From NCBI GenBank assembly GCA_002269645.1, contig NIVC01001082.1, positions 62,001 through 126,000 of the forward strand: a stretch of DNA of 64,000 nt, read 5' to 3'. The notes under the pieces are model-generated. The model searched no databases. It saw nothing but the letters and a program-made list of their open reading frames with translations, and was not told the origin of the DNA. This DNA is from Macrostomum lignano (Eukaryota). Position 1 is the first letter of the stretch, and each line of letters starts with the position of its first letter. The position numbers were made by a program, and so were the translations under genes. Below are positions 1-13,070 of this stretch, piece by piece.

Positions 1-77
1 ATACACGCTTGGGTTTACCTTAGTTTAAGTGATTTTCAAAATAACTTTAGAGTTCAGTTAGAAATCTAAAAAGGGCG

Positions 78-940
78 TCCCAGCAACTGAAGATCTGTGA
101 GGCTGACCCAGCAACTGAGCATCTGGGAGGCTGGCCCAGCAACTGAGCATCTGGGAGGCTGGCCCAGCAACTGACACTCTGGGAGGCTGGACCAGCAACT
201 GAGGATCTGGGAGGCTGGCCTAGCAACTGAGGATCTGAGAGGCTGACCCAGCAACTGAGGATCTGGGAGGCTGGCCCAGCAACTGAGGAGCTGGGAGGCT
301 GGCCTAGCAACTGAGGATTTGGGAGGCTGGTCCAGCAACTGACACTCTGGGAGGCTGGCCCAGCAACTGACACTCTGGGAAGCTGGTCCAGCAACTGACA
401 CTCTGGGAGGCTGGCCCAGCAACTGACACTCTGGGAGGCTGGACCAGCAACTGAGGATCTGGGAGGCCGGCCAGCAACTGAGGATCTGGGAGGCTGGCCT
501 AGCAACTGAGGATCTGGGAGGCTGGCCCAGCAACTGAGGATCTGTGAGGCTGACCCAGCAACTGAGGATCTGGGAGGCTGACCCAGCAACTGAGGATCTG
601 GGAGGCTGGCACAGCAACTGAGGATCTGGGAGGCTGACCCAGCAACTGAAGATCTGTGAGGCTGACCCAGCAACTGAGGATCTGGGAGGCTGGCATAGCA
701 ACTGAGGATCTGGGAGGCTGACCCAGCAACTGAGGATCTGGGAGGCTGGCCCAGCAACTGAGGAGCTGGGAGGCTGACCCAGCAACTGAGGATCTGGGAG
801 GCTGGCCTAGCAACTGAGGATCTGGGAGGCTGGTCCAGCAACTGACACTCTGGGAGGCTGGTCCAGCAACTGACACTCTGGGAGACTGGCCCAGCAACTG
901 ACACTCTGGGTGGCTGGCCCAGCAGCAACTGAGGATCTGG
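78..940. repeat. ~29-bp minisatellite (CTGGGAGGCTGGCCCAGCAACTGAGGAT-like), in CDS intron 2
   Basis: About 30 near-identical tandem units, starting ~40 nt inside the donor at 978. Confidence 0.95.
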
Positions 941-978
941 AATTGTGGCTGCCTGCTCTAGACAACCGCAGAACTCAC

Positions 979-1670
979 CTTTCGGTGTAGCAGAATCCTA
1001 AACTGGTCGATCATGCTCTCGCCGAAGAAAAAATAGTTTGAAGCAAACAGGAAGAACCAGCTCAGTACTCGAAACCAGGGCAAGTCGTGGCTCCGATAAA
1101 TGGCGTGTCCAATGCCGATGATCTCCTTGAAGCAGAGCATCTGCAGCAGCAGAATCTGCAGGAGCAGTTAAGAATATGCATACACTTATATGTAGCATTT
1201 TCATAAATACTACTAAACTGCATATAAATTGATTCTTGACTATGGACTGCATAAAAGGTTTTGAATTTTAATTATTTTGTCTGATGATTTTAAGGCGAGA
1301 AATAATACAAAGTCTAATTTGTCTTTAAAATTGTCTTTTTAAAGTAAACGGCTTGAGTAACTATCTGTGCTAATAGATAAAGAAATGCCTCGGCAGCTAA
1401 ATAGTGTAAAAAATTGATAAACAAATTTACCAATCCAACAATGGCCAAGGGACCAAGATAAATGATCAAACTGAACGAACTGATCATAACGAAGCTCATA
1501 ATGGTTCGGATGACCCAGTTTTGCCACCGAGGCGACAGTGGGGCCAGCAATCGCTGAAGTATATTGCTGCTTTCTTCCGGCGTCGATTGTGTTGCCGCTG
1601 GGTTGCCAGGTGCATTAGAAGAAGGCGGCCTGCCATTTGCTTTCAAGTTTGAGGCTGATTTGTCAGACAT
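979..1670 (-). CDS. CDS: Phosphatidate cytidylyltransferase (CDP-diacylglycerol synthase), first two exons; gene continues beyond the left edge
   Basis: Exons 1670-1431 and 1155-979 have GT-AG borders and are both phase 0. Joined peptide WQNWVIRTIMSFVMISSFSLIIYLGPLAIVGL|ILLLQMLCFKEIIGIGHAIYRSHDLPWFRVLSWFFLFASNYFFFGE matches the metazoan CDS1/2 N-terminal transmembrane region (NWW.RG; CF.EII.IG...Y...LPWFR.LSW). Confidence 0.93.
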
Positions 1671-1882
1671 TTTGGTGTGTCTACATGAATTTCAATTTTA
1701 TTTTTTAAAACATGATATGTAACTATTAATTGTAAGTCTTCCAGCTGGAATTCTTTGATTAATCATATCATATGCATTAGTAACTTCATTATAAACTATA
1801 GTCTAATGCAGGTTCATATACCATGCCTGCCGAGGTTTGCCCATATTGCTTTTTTTCTGTAGCACATTTAGCCACATGGCAG

Positions 1883-2082
1883 TAGGCGCCGCGGAACAGG
1901 GGGGGGGCAGTGGGGGCAGCTGCCCCCCTGACATTGAGTTGGGGGGGCATTGCCCCCCTTCAAATACCGTTCAACAGCATAATTTTGCTCAAATTTTTGG
2001 TCATTGTCCAAGACAGGGTCTGGGCTTGAGTTTCGGAAACTTGGTCCTGCCCCCCTGGCAAAAACTTGTTCTGCGGCGCCTG
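1883..2082. mobile_element. hAT-type MITE, 200 bp
   Basis: TIRs TAGGCGCCGCGGAACA / TGTTCTGCGGCGCCTG; perfect 8-bp TSD CATGGCAG at 1875-1882 and 2083-2090. Confidence 0.85.
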
Positions 2083-2229
2083 CATGGCAGATTTTGTCTG
2101 CATTGCCTCCCTAATGCTTAATAATTAAATCTCATTAAAGAGATTTACACAATCAAAATGTTTCAATAGTAACTGCATAATCAAATGCATTTTTTTGGGG
2201 ATGGGAATAATGCAGACAGAATCTAGCTG

Positions 2230-2700
2230 CCAAATGTGTTATGGGCAAAACTCGGCAGGCAACTTGCTTGCAGGCAATTCATTCACAGGCCAGTTGCACT
2301 GCAGGCAAATCTTGGTAGGCAATTCCTAGCGGGCAAATTTCTATGGGCAATTTGCTCACAGGCAAAATGTATTACAGGTAAATCTTGGTAGGAAAAGCTC
2401 AGCAGGCAAATCTCTATGGGCAAATCTCTTGCAGGCAATTTGTCTGCAGGCAATTCTCATGGGCCCTGATTACTCTACCTTCCCCCCTTGGGTTTTTACC
2501 TTTCAGAATCTTCCCCTGAGTCTTTACCTTCTAAAATCTATCCCCTGGGTATTTATTCTCTAGAATCTGCTTCCTGTGTCTTTACCCTCCAGAAACCCCC
2601 CTCTAGGTCTTTACCTTCTAGAATCTGCCCTCGCAAGTCTTTAATCTCTAGAATCTGCCACTATGGGTCTTTACTCTATAGCATCTACCCCTGAGTCTTT
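2230..2700. repeat. Two adjacent degenerate short-period tandem repeats
   Basis: Recurring (G)CAGGCAAAT-like units at 2230-2465 and TCTAGAATCTGCCC-like units at 2500-2700. Confidence 0.55.
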
Positions 2701-5650
2701 ATTATATTACATTTGTTGGCCTGCCACTTACCTTACTTTCTAGTTCCCCTATTTCTATTCTATTCAAAAGTTTGAACTGATAATACTGTTTGTCTAGAGT
2801 TTATAAACAGCCATTAATACTAACATAATAAAATTGACAATTAAGAAAAGAAATTCCTTATTTTTAAAGCACAAAACCTTTATGAGAGAAACAATATAAA
2901 GTTACAATAAAAGTATGGGCTGGGTTATAATAATGAAGATAAAGGAAGTTTGTGGGCCACATATAAAGTTTTTGTGGGCTAGATCTGGCCCGCAGGCCAG
3001 AGGTTGCTAACCCCTGATATAAGGGATATATTCAAATTAGCATTTAACTTATGCTAAAAGACCTATTTTATTTTATTTATTATCACTATCATATCCCCTT
3101 ATTTGGAGATAGAGATTAGGCAAAAATTGCCATGAGCATTATTCATTAGGGGGCCTAATATGCCCTTGAAAGACAAGAAACTGAAAGCCTTAATTTTTTG
3201 TGATTATAGACCTAACAATTATAAACTGTTTGAAACCTACCGTTGCAATGAATATAAGCTATCTTATATTGCTTTTTCAAGTAGAATCCTTAATAAAGAA
3301 GCCTAAAAGGCTACACAGCCACTAGAAAAGTTTAAAAAGTTTAAACTGCTCAATATTTTATAATATTTTATCTGCAATGAATTTTCTAGAGTAGAATTTA
3401 TTGTGTCTATTGTCTATAGCAAATTCTTTCAATAGGCTCCTATATGCACCCAAAAAGTCAAATGCACAATGTTTAGGCTTTAGCTGGCATTAGGCCCCTA
3501 GGCAAAAAAACAAGTCTTAAATGACCTATGCTTAGGCCACGTGCTTAGCATTAAGCATAAAAATAAATAAGTACTGCTCATTATTTAAATACAATAGTCA
3601 ATATATATTAATACAATAGCTAATGCATGCTAAGCCTAAGGCTAAGCCCTAAGGTAGGTCTACAAATTTTGAAATTTATAAATCATTTCAGCAACTGAAA
3701 GTTGACCTAAAAACTATGATATATATTCAGAAACAATAACAAATGGAAACTTGAAACAATAAGCAATAGCTGATGAACTTCCTAGTTGGTAAACACGTTA
3801 CAACACTGAACAGCAGGAAGCTAGCCTACGTGCCTACTTGTACAATCCAATGTGAAACTGAAATGCAATACGACTTTTAAATTGCTTCCGGCTGGAAATT
3901 GCCGCTGACTTTGTTCGTTAAAACTAAAACATTACATAAGAAAGACATTTTTGTTCACATTGGCTACTAAAATAACTTAAATATGCGGAAGTTAGTTTTT
4001 CAAAGTCTTAAGTAACATATTTGATTACTTTTAGGGCTAATACAAGCATTTACATTAACGACGGTGCATGCTTGACTTTTTCGCATTGAACGGCCGAAGC
4101 CAATCCTGTAGACTGTAGGTCACTGGTCAGATCGTCATATTCCATTTCGTCATATCAGATGACGAAGTGACCAGAAGCAAAGTAGCTTGAAAATAATATG
4201 ACTAAGTGACCAAATATTTAGTTATGCTTGATACTAATGCTGCAGACTGTAGACTGTAGAGCCTGTTACTGTAGATTCCTGAGAATAGAGCCTAGAAGCA
4301 GAGCTACACTCCTTTATCTACCCATGCTCCTTAAAACAGCAATGGCTACTGATGAGTGATAGCCACTGGGCCAAATTTAAATTATTATAAGTATTGAATT
4401 CAATCTTAATTATAGAGGTCAATGACAGCAAATCAGCAATGCCAATAGCTTCCACTGACCACTACTGGCACAGTGGCACTGGCACTGCAGTCCACTACAA
4501 GTTAGTTAATTACCTGTCTAGTTGTACAATTAAAATTACTGAGTATATTTTTTACTGAGTATATTAATTAGTAAAAATTATTTAGGTGCGTCGTCATAGA
4601 TTTTATGGTGGGGGACAAGCCAAGAATTCTACATGTACATGACTAGGCTAAATTCCTACAGTACATTATTTTCCAAATCGGTGTTGTCAGCAATCATTTT
4701 GGTGTGGCAGGCACTCATTTTGGCGCCACAGACATATTATGGTGGCAAAATCACTCATTTTAGCACCACAGTCACCATTTTGATGCTGTAGGCACTATAT
4801 TTTTTTAGCCAGCCATGAAGCAAAATTATTGATTTCCATAATATAGGTCAACAGGTGGAGTGGGGAGACAATTAAGCATTTGCATGCTGGCCCCCATATC
4901 TTTTACTGGACATGCCCCCCCCCTATGTTAATAACATTTTAAATACCTTCTAGTTATGAGTTTTAAACTAAAGGGGATCAAATATTTATTTGTGTTATGT
5001 GAATTTGTAAGTATAGGCTGGCTACATCTATTGCAAAGAATATACAAGCTCTTGCCTTGGTATATTTATGCCTAAGAAAATATGTTAGACCTAGACTAGA
5101 TAGTAACTCCAAGTCTAGCTAATAAACATAGATATTTAATGTATTTACAACATCATAGACTTATTATATTTATATGTACTTTATATCACCTATATGAGTG
5201 TATAGCTAAACTTATTTTAATATGCTTGATAATCTATGTTTATTCTTTTAGATAAAAAAGATGGCTATTGTGTCAATTTACAATTTTCAGCTTATATTAT
5301 AGGAGTTGATTATTTTTGGTTTAAATATAATGTTTTTAACCTCACAAAAAGTAATGATTAAGCTATAGGCCTATTAACATTTTTAATTTTAGCAATGTTA
5401 TTAATAATAATGAAAATCTATACATAATATGAATGATTATTTATAAGGAAAATTTATCACTAATAGCTATAGCTTTTATTCATCTGTTAGTCATCCATTT
5501 AAGTGAGACTACCCCATTTTCATCCATTAGTTTAATAGCTCTGCCTCTAGTTTATTACAGTTAATTTAACTAGTTAAAAACTGGTAAAAATACTCAAGCA
5601 ATAACCAATCAATATTTTAATGCTTCAGCAAACAAGTCCAACAATTCAAA

Positions 5651-7053
5651 ATGGGCAAACAAAAGAAATCTAAATCAGACAAAGATATTCACAGTCAAGG
5701 CCAGCATAAGAAAAAGAAAAAGAAGACCAAGTCAAAGAAAGAGAAACGAGATCGTGAAAAAAGAAGTGACAAACAAAAGCAGCCTCACAAGGAGTCTCTG
5801 CCATCTGATGAGTCACTGAATTCTTCAGAAGAGCTCGGCTTTGATCCAGTCAGGGACTGGCAACCAATGTTCGACAGCTTCTATGATCCTGTGATGGCTG
5901 GCAATGCAGATGGCGGTTTGGCAGCTGGACTGCACGATCGAGCTGTTCAACGAGCCCTACTGGCTCAGGCGTACTATCGCCCAGATTCCCAGCCTCATCA
6001 GCTGCTACCACTGGGAGTTGGCAGGGAAGAAGGTGAACTAGAGCAGGATTGCGTCATCTTTGTGGGCCGGTTAGATGCGGCCACTACAGAGGCCGACCTG
6101 TGCAGTCTGTTTGAAACCTGCGGCCGTGTTGCTAACTGCAGATTGGTGCGCGACTGGGCGACAGGATTGTCAAGGCGATATGGCTTTGTGCAGTTCTGCA
6201 GAGCTGAGGATGCGCAGAGAGCTCTGCGGCGCTGCGATGGAGCCACCGTAAGACTTCTGACAGCTGTCCAGTTATGAGCATTTGGGGCTAATCAGTGTCA
6301 ATAAACAGATTGATGAGCATCTCTAGGAAGCTGGTATGAGCACCAATAAACAGATTGATGAGCATCTTCTAGGAAGCTGGTATGAGCACCAATAAACAGA
6401 TTGATGAGCATCTCTAGGAAGCTAGCTGTCATGAGCACTAATAAACAGATTGATGAGCATCTCTAGGAAGCTATCATGAGCACCAATAAACAGATTGATG
6501 AGCATCTCTAGGAAGCTAGCTGTCATGAGCACTAATAAACAGATTGATGAGCATCTCTAGGAAGCTAGCTGTCATGAGCACTAATAAACAGATTGATGAG
6601 CATCTCTAGGAAGCTAGCTGTCATGAGCACTAATAAACAGATTGATGAGAATCTCTAGGAAGTTGCTATGAAGGTCAACAAAGATGCAACGATGAGCTAT
6701 CTGGGAAGCTAACTAGGATCGAAAAGAAACATTTAATAAGTATCTTTCCTGGAAATTCTAATTACTGTATGAGGTCGTTGATTTTATACTTTACTTTAAG
6801 TAGGCTAATCCGCGTTTTTTTTCAAATTTAGCTTAGCTAGTTGTTATAATAAACTCCATGCATTACACTGTAGGTGCTGGGCCGACAGATTATAGTAGAC
6901 CGGGAGCGCTCGTTGAGCCAGGCTGGCTGGGTGCCACGGCGGCTCGGCGGCGGCCTGGGCGGCCGGAAAGAGAGCGGCCAACTGCGGTTCGGCTGTCGGG
7001 CCAGGCCATTCCGGCGGCCTGTGGCAGCGGCCAAGACCAAGGACCGCAGTTAG
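5651..7053 (+). CDS. SNRNP35: U11/U12 snRNP 35 kDa protein (minor spliceosome)
   Basis: Exons 5651-6247 and 6874-7053 (GTAAGA...CTGTAG, phase 0). Motifs [25 protein letters not shown], an RRM (IFVGRL; [19 protein letters not shown]) and C-terminal [23 protein letters not shown] match SNRNP35. Confidence 0.93.
6297..6665. repeat. 43-49-bp minisatellite in the SNRNP35 intron, each unit containing AATAAA
   Basis: About 8 units of AATAAACAGATTGATGAGCATCTCTAGGAAGCT(AGCTGTC)ATGAGCAC. Confidence 0.92.
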
Positions 7054-7443
7054 AAATGTGCGCCATATCTGCTTACTGTACTACTTATGGCTTGCCACTG
7101 TGGGCCCTTGCGTTTTAATTGGAATTGCATTTTTAACTTAACTGCAGCTTTTAGCCAGTGTATTTCAAGCTTTTACGTCTATGGTAAAAATATAATTCTG
7201 TGTTTGCCGCGCGTCCACAGTGAATGCTGTTGTCTATGATAATATCTTATAAAATCGATAATTAATATGCCTGTGCAAAAACAATAACAAGAAAAATCTA
7301 TCTATAGCTAAGTCTTCATTCTTGCTTATTTTTATAATCGGCTGTCACTGACTGAAGCTGCATACAAGATTTACGAGATTAAAGCGAAGAATTCTCTGAA
7401 AGTGAAACAGGTACTTAGTTCTGTGGCTTTTCTGGCTTCTGAT

Positions 7444-7468
7444 TTGTCTGTCTGTCTGCCTGCCTGCC

Positions 7469-7517
<49 letters not shown>

Positions 7518-7554
7518 GCCTGCCTGTCTGTCTGTCTGCCTGTCTGCCTGTCTC

Positions 7555-7589
<35 letters not shown>

Positions 7590-7592
7590 GCC

Positions 7593-7657
<65 letters not shown>

Positions 7658-7800
7658 GCCTGTCTGCCTGTCTGTCTGTCTGTCTGTCTGTCTGCCTGTC
7701 TGTCTGTCTGTCTGTCTGTCTGCCTGCCTGTCTGTCTGCCTGTCTGCCTGTCTGTCTGTCTGCCTGTCTGTCTGTCTGTCTGTCTGTCTGTCTGCCTGCC

Positions 7801-7833
<33 letters not shown>

Positions 7834-7840
7834 GCCTGCC

Positions 7841-7873
<33 letters not shown>

Positions 7874-8264
7874 GCCTGTCTGTCTGCCTGTCTGTCTGCC
7901 TGTCTGTCTTAGTGTCTGTCTTTCTGTCTGTCTGTCTGTCTGCCTGTCTGTCTGCCTGTCTGTCTGTCTGTCTGTCTGTCTGTCTGCCTGTCTGTCTGCC
8001 TGTCTGTCTGTCTGTCTGTCTGCCTGTCTGTCTGCCTGTCTGCCTGTCTGTCTGTCTGCCTGTCTGTCTGCCTGTCTGTCTTAGTGTCTGTCTTTCTGCC
8101 TGCCTGTCTGTCTGTCTGTCTGCCTGTCTGTCTGCCTGTCTGTCTGTCTGTCTGCCTGTCTGTCTGCCTGTCTGTCTGCCTGTCTGTCTGCCTGTCTGTC
8201 TGCCTGTCTGTCTGTCTGTGTGTTTGTCTGTCTGCCTGCCTGTCTGTCTGTCTGTCTGTCTGCC

Positions 8265-8295
<31 letters not shown>

Positions 8296-8297
8296 GT
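7444..8297. repeat. (CTGT)n/(CTGC)n tetranucleotide microsatellite, ~850 bp, probably in a 5'-UTR intron
   Basis: Direct reading. Flanked by donor-like CAG|GTACTT at ~7411 and acceptor GCTGTAG at ~8350. Confidence 0.93.
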
Positions 8298-8366
8298 ATC
8301 TACATTTAGCTATGCACGTATCTCTCTATTGCAAAACATTGCTGCTGTAGAAAGCAAGCCATAGCA

Positions 8367-8594
8367 ATGGCGGATCTGTGCCCCGGTCTGCTCTGGTCTG
8401 TGCTGTGGTTCTTCATCCTGATCCTGTTGGCCTGGCCGATCGCATTTCTAATTGCTTGGCTCTACATTCTGCTGCTGCCATTCTCAGCCTGCATCCAGCC
8501 GCTGCAGGCGGTCTGCGAGGCGTTGCTGGGCGTGGTTAAACTGTGCCTCACCTGCGCCGAGGGTATGATTGCCATGAAGCCCCTGTGCGGCTGA
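8367..8594 (+). CDS. 75-aa hydrophobic, Cys-rich microprotein (paralog A), function unknown
   Basis: ATG-TGA ORF with GC-rich codon usage and AATAAA ~20 nt downstream; ~72% identical to the ORF at 13071-13298, with many synonymous differences. Confidence 0.85.
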   Translation: MADLCPGLLWSVLWFFILILLAWPIAFLIAWLYILLLPFSACIQPLQAVCEALLGVVKLCLTCAEGMIAMKPLCG

Positions 8595-9804
8595 AGGTTA
8601 CGAGTATATACATTCAATAAAAACGTCAATCAATAAAATTCATATGTAAGGTAAATCGTTTTAATCAATAGTTATCATAATCATAAAATATATGTCCGCA
8701 GTTTATACGACGTACATAAGTTTATACATATAAAGCTTTTTGCACATAACTGTGAGAATCATTTCCGGTACTTTTTCGTATTTTAATTAAATTGTTTTAA
8801 CTGACTATAATAGCTTTTTGTCCAATCCAAGAGTTAATTACACCATGGGTACGTAGGCAAAGTTTTTTACCTCAGCCCAGATAGATCAGGAACCTACATG
8901 TAAATATAAGCGCATGACAGCACGCCATGAGGGGGAGAGAGGATCGAGAGGGAATAGAGAACAGAGAGCTGAGAGCAGGAGTGGAGAGAAGGAGAGAGAT
9001 GTGTTGTTACCATAGGATATACACCCGTTGTGCCAACCGGAAACTCTATTAAATGTATAATTTTTGCAGATGTCTAATTATCGTAGCGAGGCAGTGCTCT
9101 ATTTGAAGCCGAGGGGCGGCTGGTAGCAGGGTAGCTTATATAGAAGCAATAATAGAGCAAATTGACTTTGACGACTCGGGATTTAGGACATAGAATACAA
9201 TAGAATTAAGAAAGCTTGGGCTTTACCACACAATGCATGACATGTTCTTGTGATCATTTATCTAATCTAAACAAAATAGCACGCTCAGTTTGAGAACGAT
9301 ATATAAAACGAGCTAAAGTTTCCGGAAAAATACATTTAGGAAAGGGATATTGCACCAGTCTATCTCAAAGTGCCCGGACTTTGAGACAGGGAGAGACATC
9401 TCAAAGTGCCCGGACAATGCAAAGCAGCTCAAGATATCCGGGAAGGAGAAAACAAAGCAGGTTTTTTGCTTGGCAAAGTATCCGGGCGGATATTGTAAGT
9501 GCGTTCGAATATCTGAGCCAGACAAAAAAACCCCGGATAGTATAAAGTGTAACACTGGCAATAATGAATGAAATCCGGACACAGCAGTTAATTGTTTCTG
9601 AAGTCGCGCACAAACATGGAAAAGAATACCGATAGCCAAATAAATGTTCTGTTGCATTGTGGATGGACCAGGCGCGTCGCCACCGAAAGGGGACAGGGGA
9701 AGGACATGCATGTCCCCCCAGTAAAAGCTATGGGGGGCATGCCATTGCTTTGTTCCCCCCCCACCCCACCATGTGACCCACTGTGTCAATCATAAGTTTT
9801 CTTC

Positions 9805-10680
9805 CAGGCGCCAAAATATAGCGCCTTCGGTGCCAAAATCAGTGCCAGCGGCGCCAAAATCAGTGCTAGCGGCGCATAAATCAGTGCCAGCGGCGCCAAA
9901 ATCAGTGCCAGTGGCGCCAAAATCAGTGCCAGCGGCGCCAAAATGAGTGCCAGGGGCGCCAAAATCAGTGCCAGCGGCGCCAAAATGAGTGCCAGGGGCG
10001 CCAAAATCAGTGCCAGCGGCGCCAAAATCAGTGCCAGCGGCGCCAAAATTAGTGCCAGCGGCGCCAAAATGAGTGCCAGGGGCGCCAAAATCAGTGCTAG
10101 CGGCGCATAAATCAGTGCCAGCGGCGCCAAAATCAGTGCCAGTGGCGCCAAAATCAGTGCCAGCGGCGCCAAAATGAGTGCCAGGGGCGCCAAAATCAGT
10201 GCCAGCGGCGCCAAAATGAGTGCCAGGGGCGCCAAAATCAGTGCCAGCGGCGCCAAAATGAGTGCCAGCGGCGCCAAAATGAGTGCCAGCGGCGCCAAAA
10301 TCAGTGCCAGCGGCGCCAAAATGAGTGCCAGGGGCGCCAAAATCAGTGCCAGCGGCGCCAAAATGAGTGCCAGGGGCGCCAAAATCAGTGCCAGCGGCGC
10401 CAAAATCAGTGCCAGCGGCGCCAAAATCAGTGCTAGCGGCGCATAAATCAGTGCCAGCGGCGCCAAAATCAGTGCCAGCGGCGCCAAAATCAGTGCCAGC
10501 GGCGCCAAAATCAGTGCCAGCGGCGCCAAAATGAGTGCCAGGGGCGCCAAAATCAGTGCCAGCGGCGCCAAAATCAATGCCTGCGGCGCCAAAATCAGTG
10601 CCAGCGGCGCCAAAATGAGTGCCAGCGGCGCCAAAATCAATGCCTGCGGCGCCAAAATAGTGGCTGCGGCGCCAAAATAA
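9805..10680. repeat. 21-bp minisatellite (GGCGCCAAAATCAGTGCCAGC)n
   Basis: About 41 tandem units; produces the artefactual (LILAPLA)n ORF. Confidence 0.95.
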
Positions 10681-12059
10681 TCGCTGACAGCACCATTCTG
10701 AAACAAATGTACATGTAGGAATTTACTTATGTACATGTACAATACGCGTATGCAGAAATCTTGGCTTTGTCCCCTCCACCATAAAATCCCATTGCGACGC
10801 CTCCGCAATGGAAAAGAATCCCGATGGCCAAATAAAAGTTCTGTTGCATTGTGGATGGACCAAAGTGGTGTATAGAGTGAAGAGGGAAAACTTGGCCGAA
10901 AAGTCCCGAACATCAGCTAGATGGACGCGCGCACAGTTGGGTCAGCGCGGGCCGAACCGCCCCACCGAACTAGCAAACCAAAAAGTACAGGAGCCTAGCA
11001 AGAAAGGGTGCAGAGAGGATGAGATTTGGAAATTTCTGAACATTTGCGAACCGCCCCCTGCTTGGGACTTCCTCTATAATTGATTTCGCAATGCAAAAAC
11101 GGTCGAAAGTCAGAGGTATTTACATGTACCGCTGAGCTGGTCTCCTGCCTCTCAATAGTGTGCGTTTTGTTGCCAATAAATCTGTAAACGGCAATTCATA
11201 TCAGAGATTTAATAAACGTGAGTTTTTCTTTCGCAGTTTTTTCTTTTCTATTTCTTCAAAAAAAGCGAAAAAATGTTTGCATTAGAAAATAGGAAGATAG
11301 GAACCCTGCATGGTACAACTGTAAAATCGGAATCGCTTTGGAACGAGAAGGCCTGCTTTTCTGACCAAAAAAGGCGCGGCTCCCCTTTGAAGTGATCTCC
11401 ACTTTATGCTATAGTTAAAGTCAAAGTTGAAATCTACATTTCAACAAGATTCCCTCGCCCTCATAATATCACTCGTCGAGTCAAGCTGCAACAGAAACAA
11501 AATCAGTGCATTTGTATTTGCCGTTTTTACAGGTATCTCTGAGCACAGTCCTGTGTGTGTGCATGTACGTTATACATGTATATAGGCTAGGCATGTGAAA
11601 ATGGTTACAGGAAGATAAGGCAAGAGACCAAAGTAACTGAATTGCACAAATTTTTTTTTGCATACGATCTTACGATCTTATCTGCAGATATCTCTTCCCT
11701 AAAGGTTTGGTTGGAGCCTACACTGCGTAAATTAGCGATTCTCTCGTTTCTCGAATCGAGCTGACTCTGAAAAATACATGCAGCTAGCGATTTTATAACA
11801 GCTACATTCTTAGCTGATTGCACTGGCGAAAAAATCCTCGCAAACTAATTTCTAGTGGAGTCTGTTGCTAAAATCGACAATTTACCGTCTGCTTTCGTGA
11901 GTCTTTCGAGTTTTAAAGGTAATAAAACATGTAAATCAGTTTAATTATTAAATCTATATATATATATATATAGACATCTTTGGGACATCTTTGATATGGA
12001 ATTTAGTTAGTTTTCTTCAATTAGTGATACATGAGAGCTTAACCACTGAATGTAGAAGT

Positions 12060-12930
12060 ATCTGAGAACTCTCATTGCCGAGTGACACTTTAGATAGAAG
12101 CATCTAAGCACTCTCATTGCCGAGTAACACCTTAGACAGAAGCATCTGAGCACTCTCATTGCCGAGTGACACCTTAGACAGAAGCATCTGAGCACTCTCA
12201 TTGCGGAGTGACACCTTAGACAGAAGCATCTGAGTACTCTCATTGCCGAGTAACACCTTAGACAGAAGCATCTGAGCACTCTCATTGCCAAGTGACACCT
12301 TAGACAGAAGCATCTGAGCACTCTCATTGCGGAGTGACACCTTAGACAGAAGCATCTGAGCACTCTCATTGCCGAGTGACACCTTAGACAGAAGCATCTG
12401 AGCACTCTCATTGCCGAGTGACACCTTAGGCAGAAGCATCTAAGCACTCTCATTGCCGAGTGATACCTTTAGACAAAAGCATCTGAGCACTCTCATCGCC
12501 GAGTGACACCTTAGACAGAAGCATCTGAGCACTCTCATTGCCGAGTGACACCTTAGACAGAAGCATCTGAGCACTCTCATTGCTGAGTGACACCTTAGAC
12601 AGAAGCATCTGAGCACTCTCATTGCCGAGTGACACCTTAGACAGAAGCATCTGAGCACTCTCATTGCCGAGTGACACCTTAGACAGAAGCATCTGAGCAC
12701 TCTCATTGCCGAGTGACACCTTAGACAGAAGCATCTGAGCACTCTCATCGCCGAGTGACACCTTAGACAGAAGCATCTGAGCACTCTCATTGCCGAGTGA
12801 CACCTTAGACAGAAGCATCTGAGCACTCTCATTGCCGAGTGACACCTTAGACAGAAGCATCTGAGCACTCTCATCGCCGAGTGACACCTTAGACAAAAGC
12901 AGCTGAGCACTCTCATTTCCGAGTGACACC
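12060..12930. repeat. 42-bp minisatellite (CTTAGACAGAAGCATCTGAGCACTCTCATTGCCGAGTGACAC)n
   Basis: About 20 units, ending just before the donor-like CTGGAG|GTACGT at ~12937. Confidence 0.95.
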
Positions 12931-13070
12931 TGGAGGTACGTGCAGACGTACTATAGTCAATCACCATTGAAGACACAAACATGACGAGCATTTCATTTCA
13001 ATTGCCACACCGACTCTGAATAATTGCATGCATTTTTATTCGCATTTTTTAGCCAACCAAATAGAGCGAA

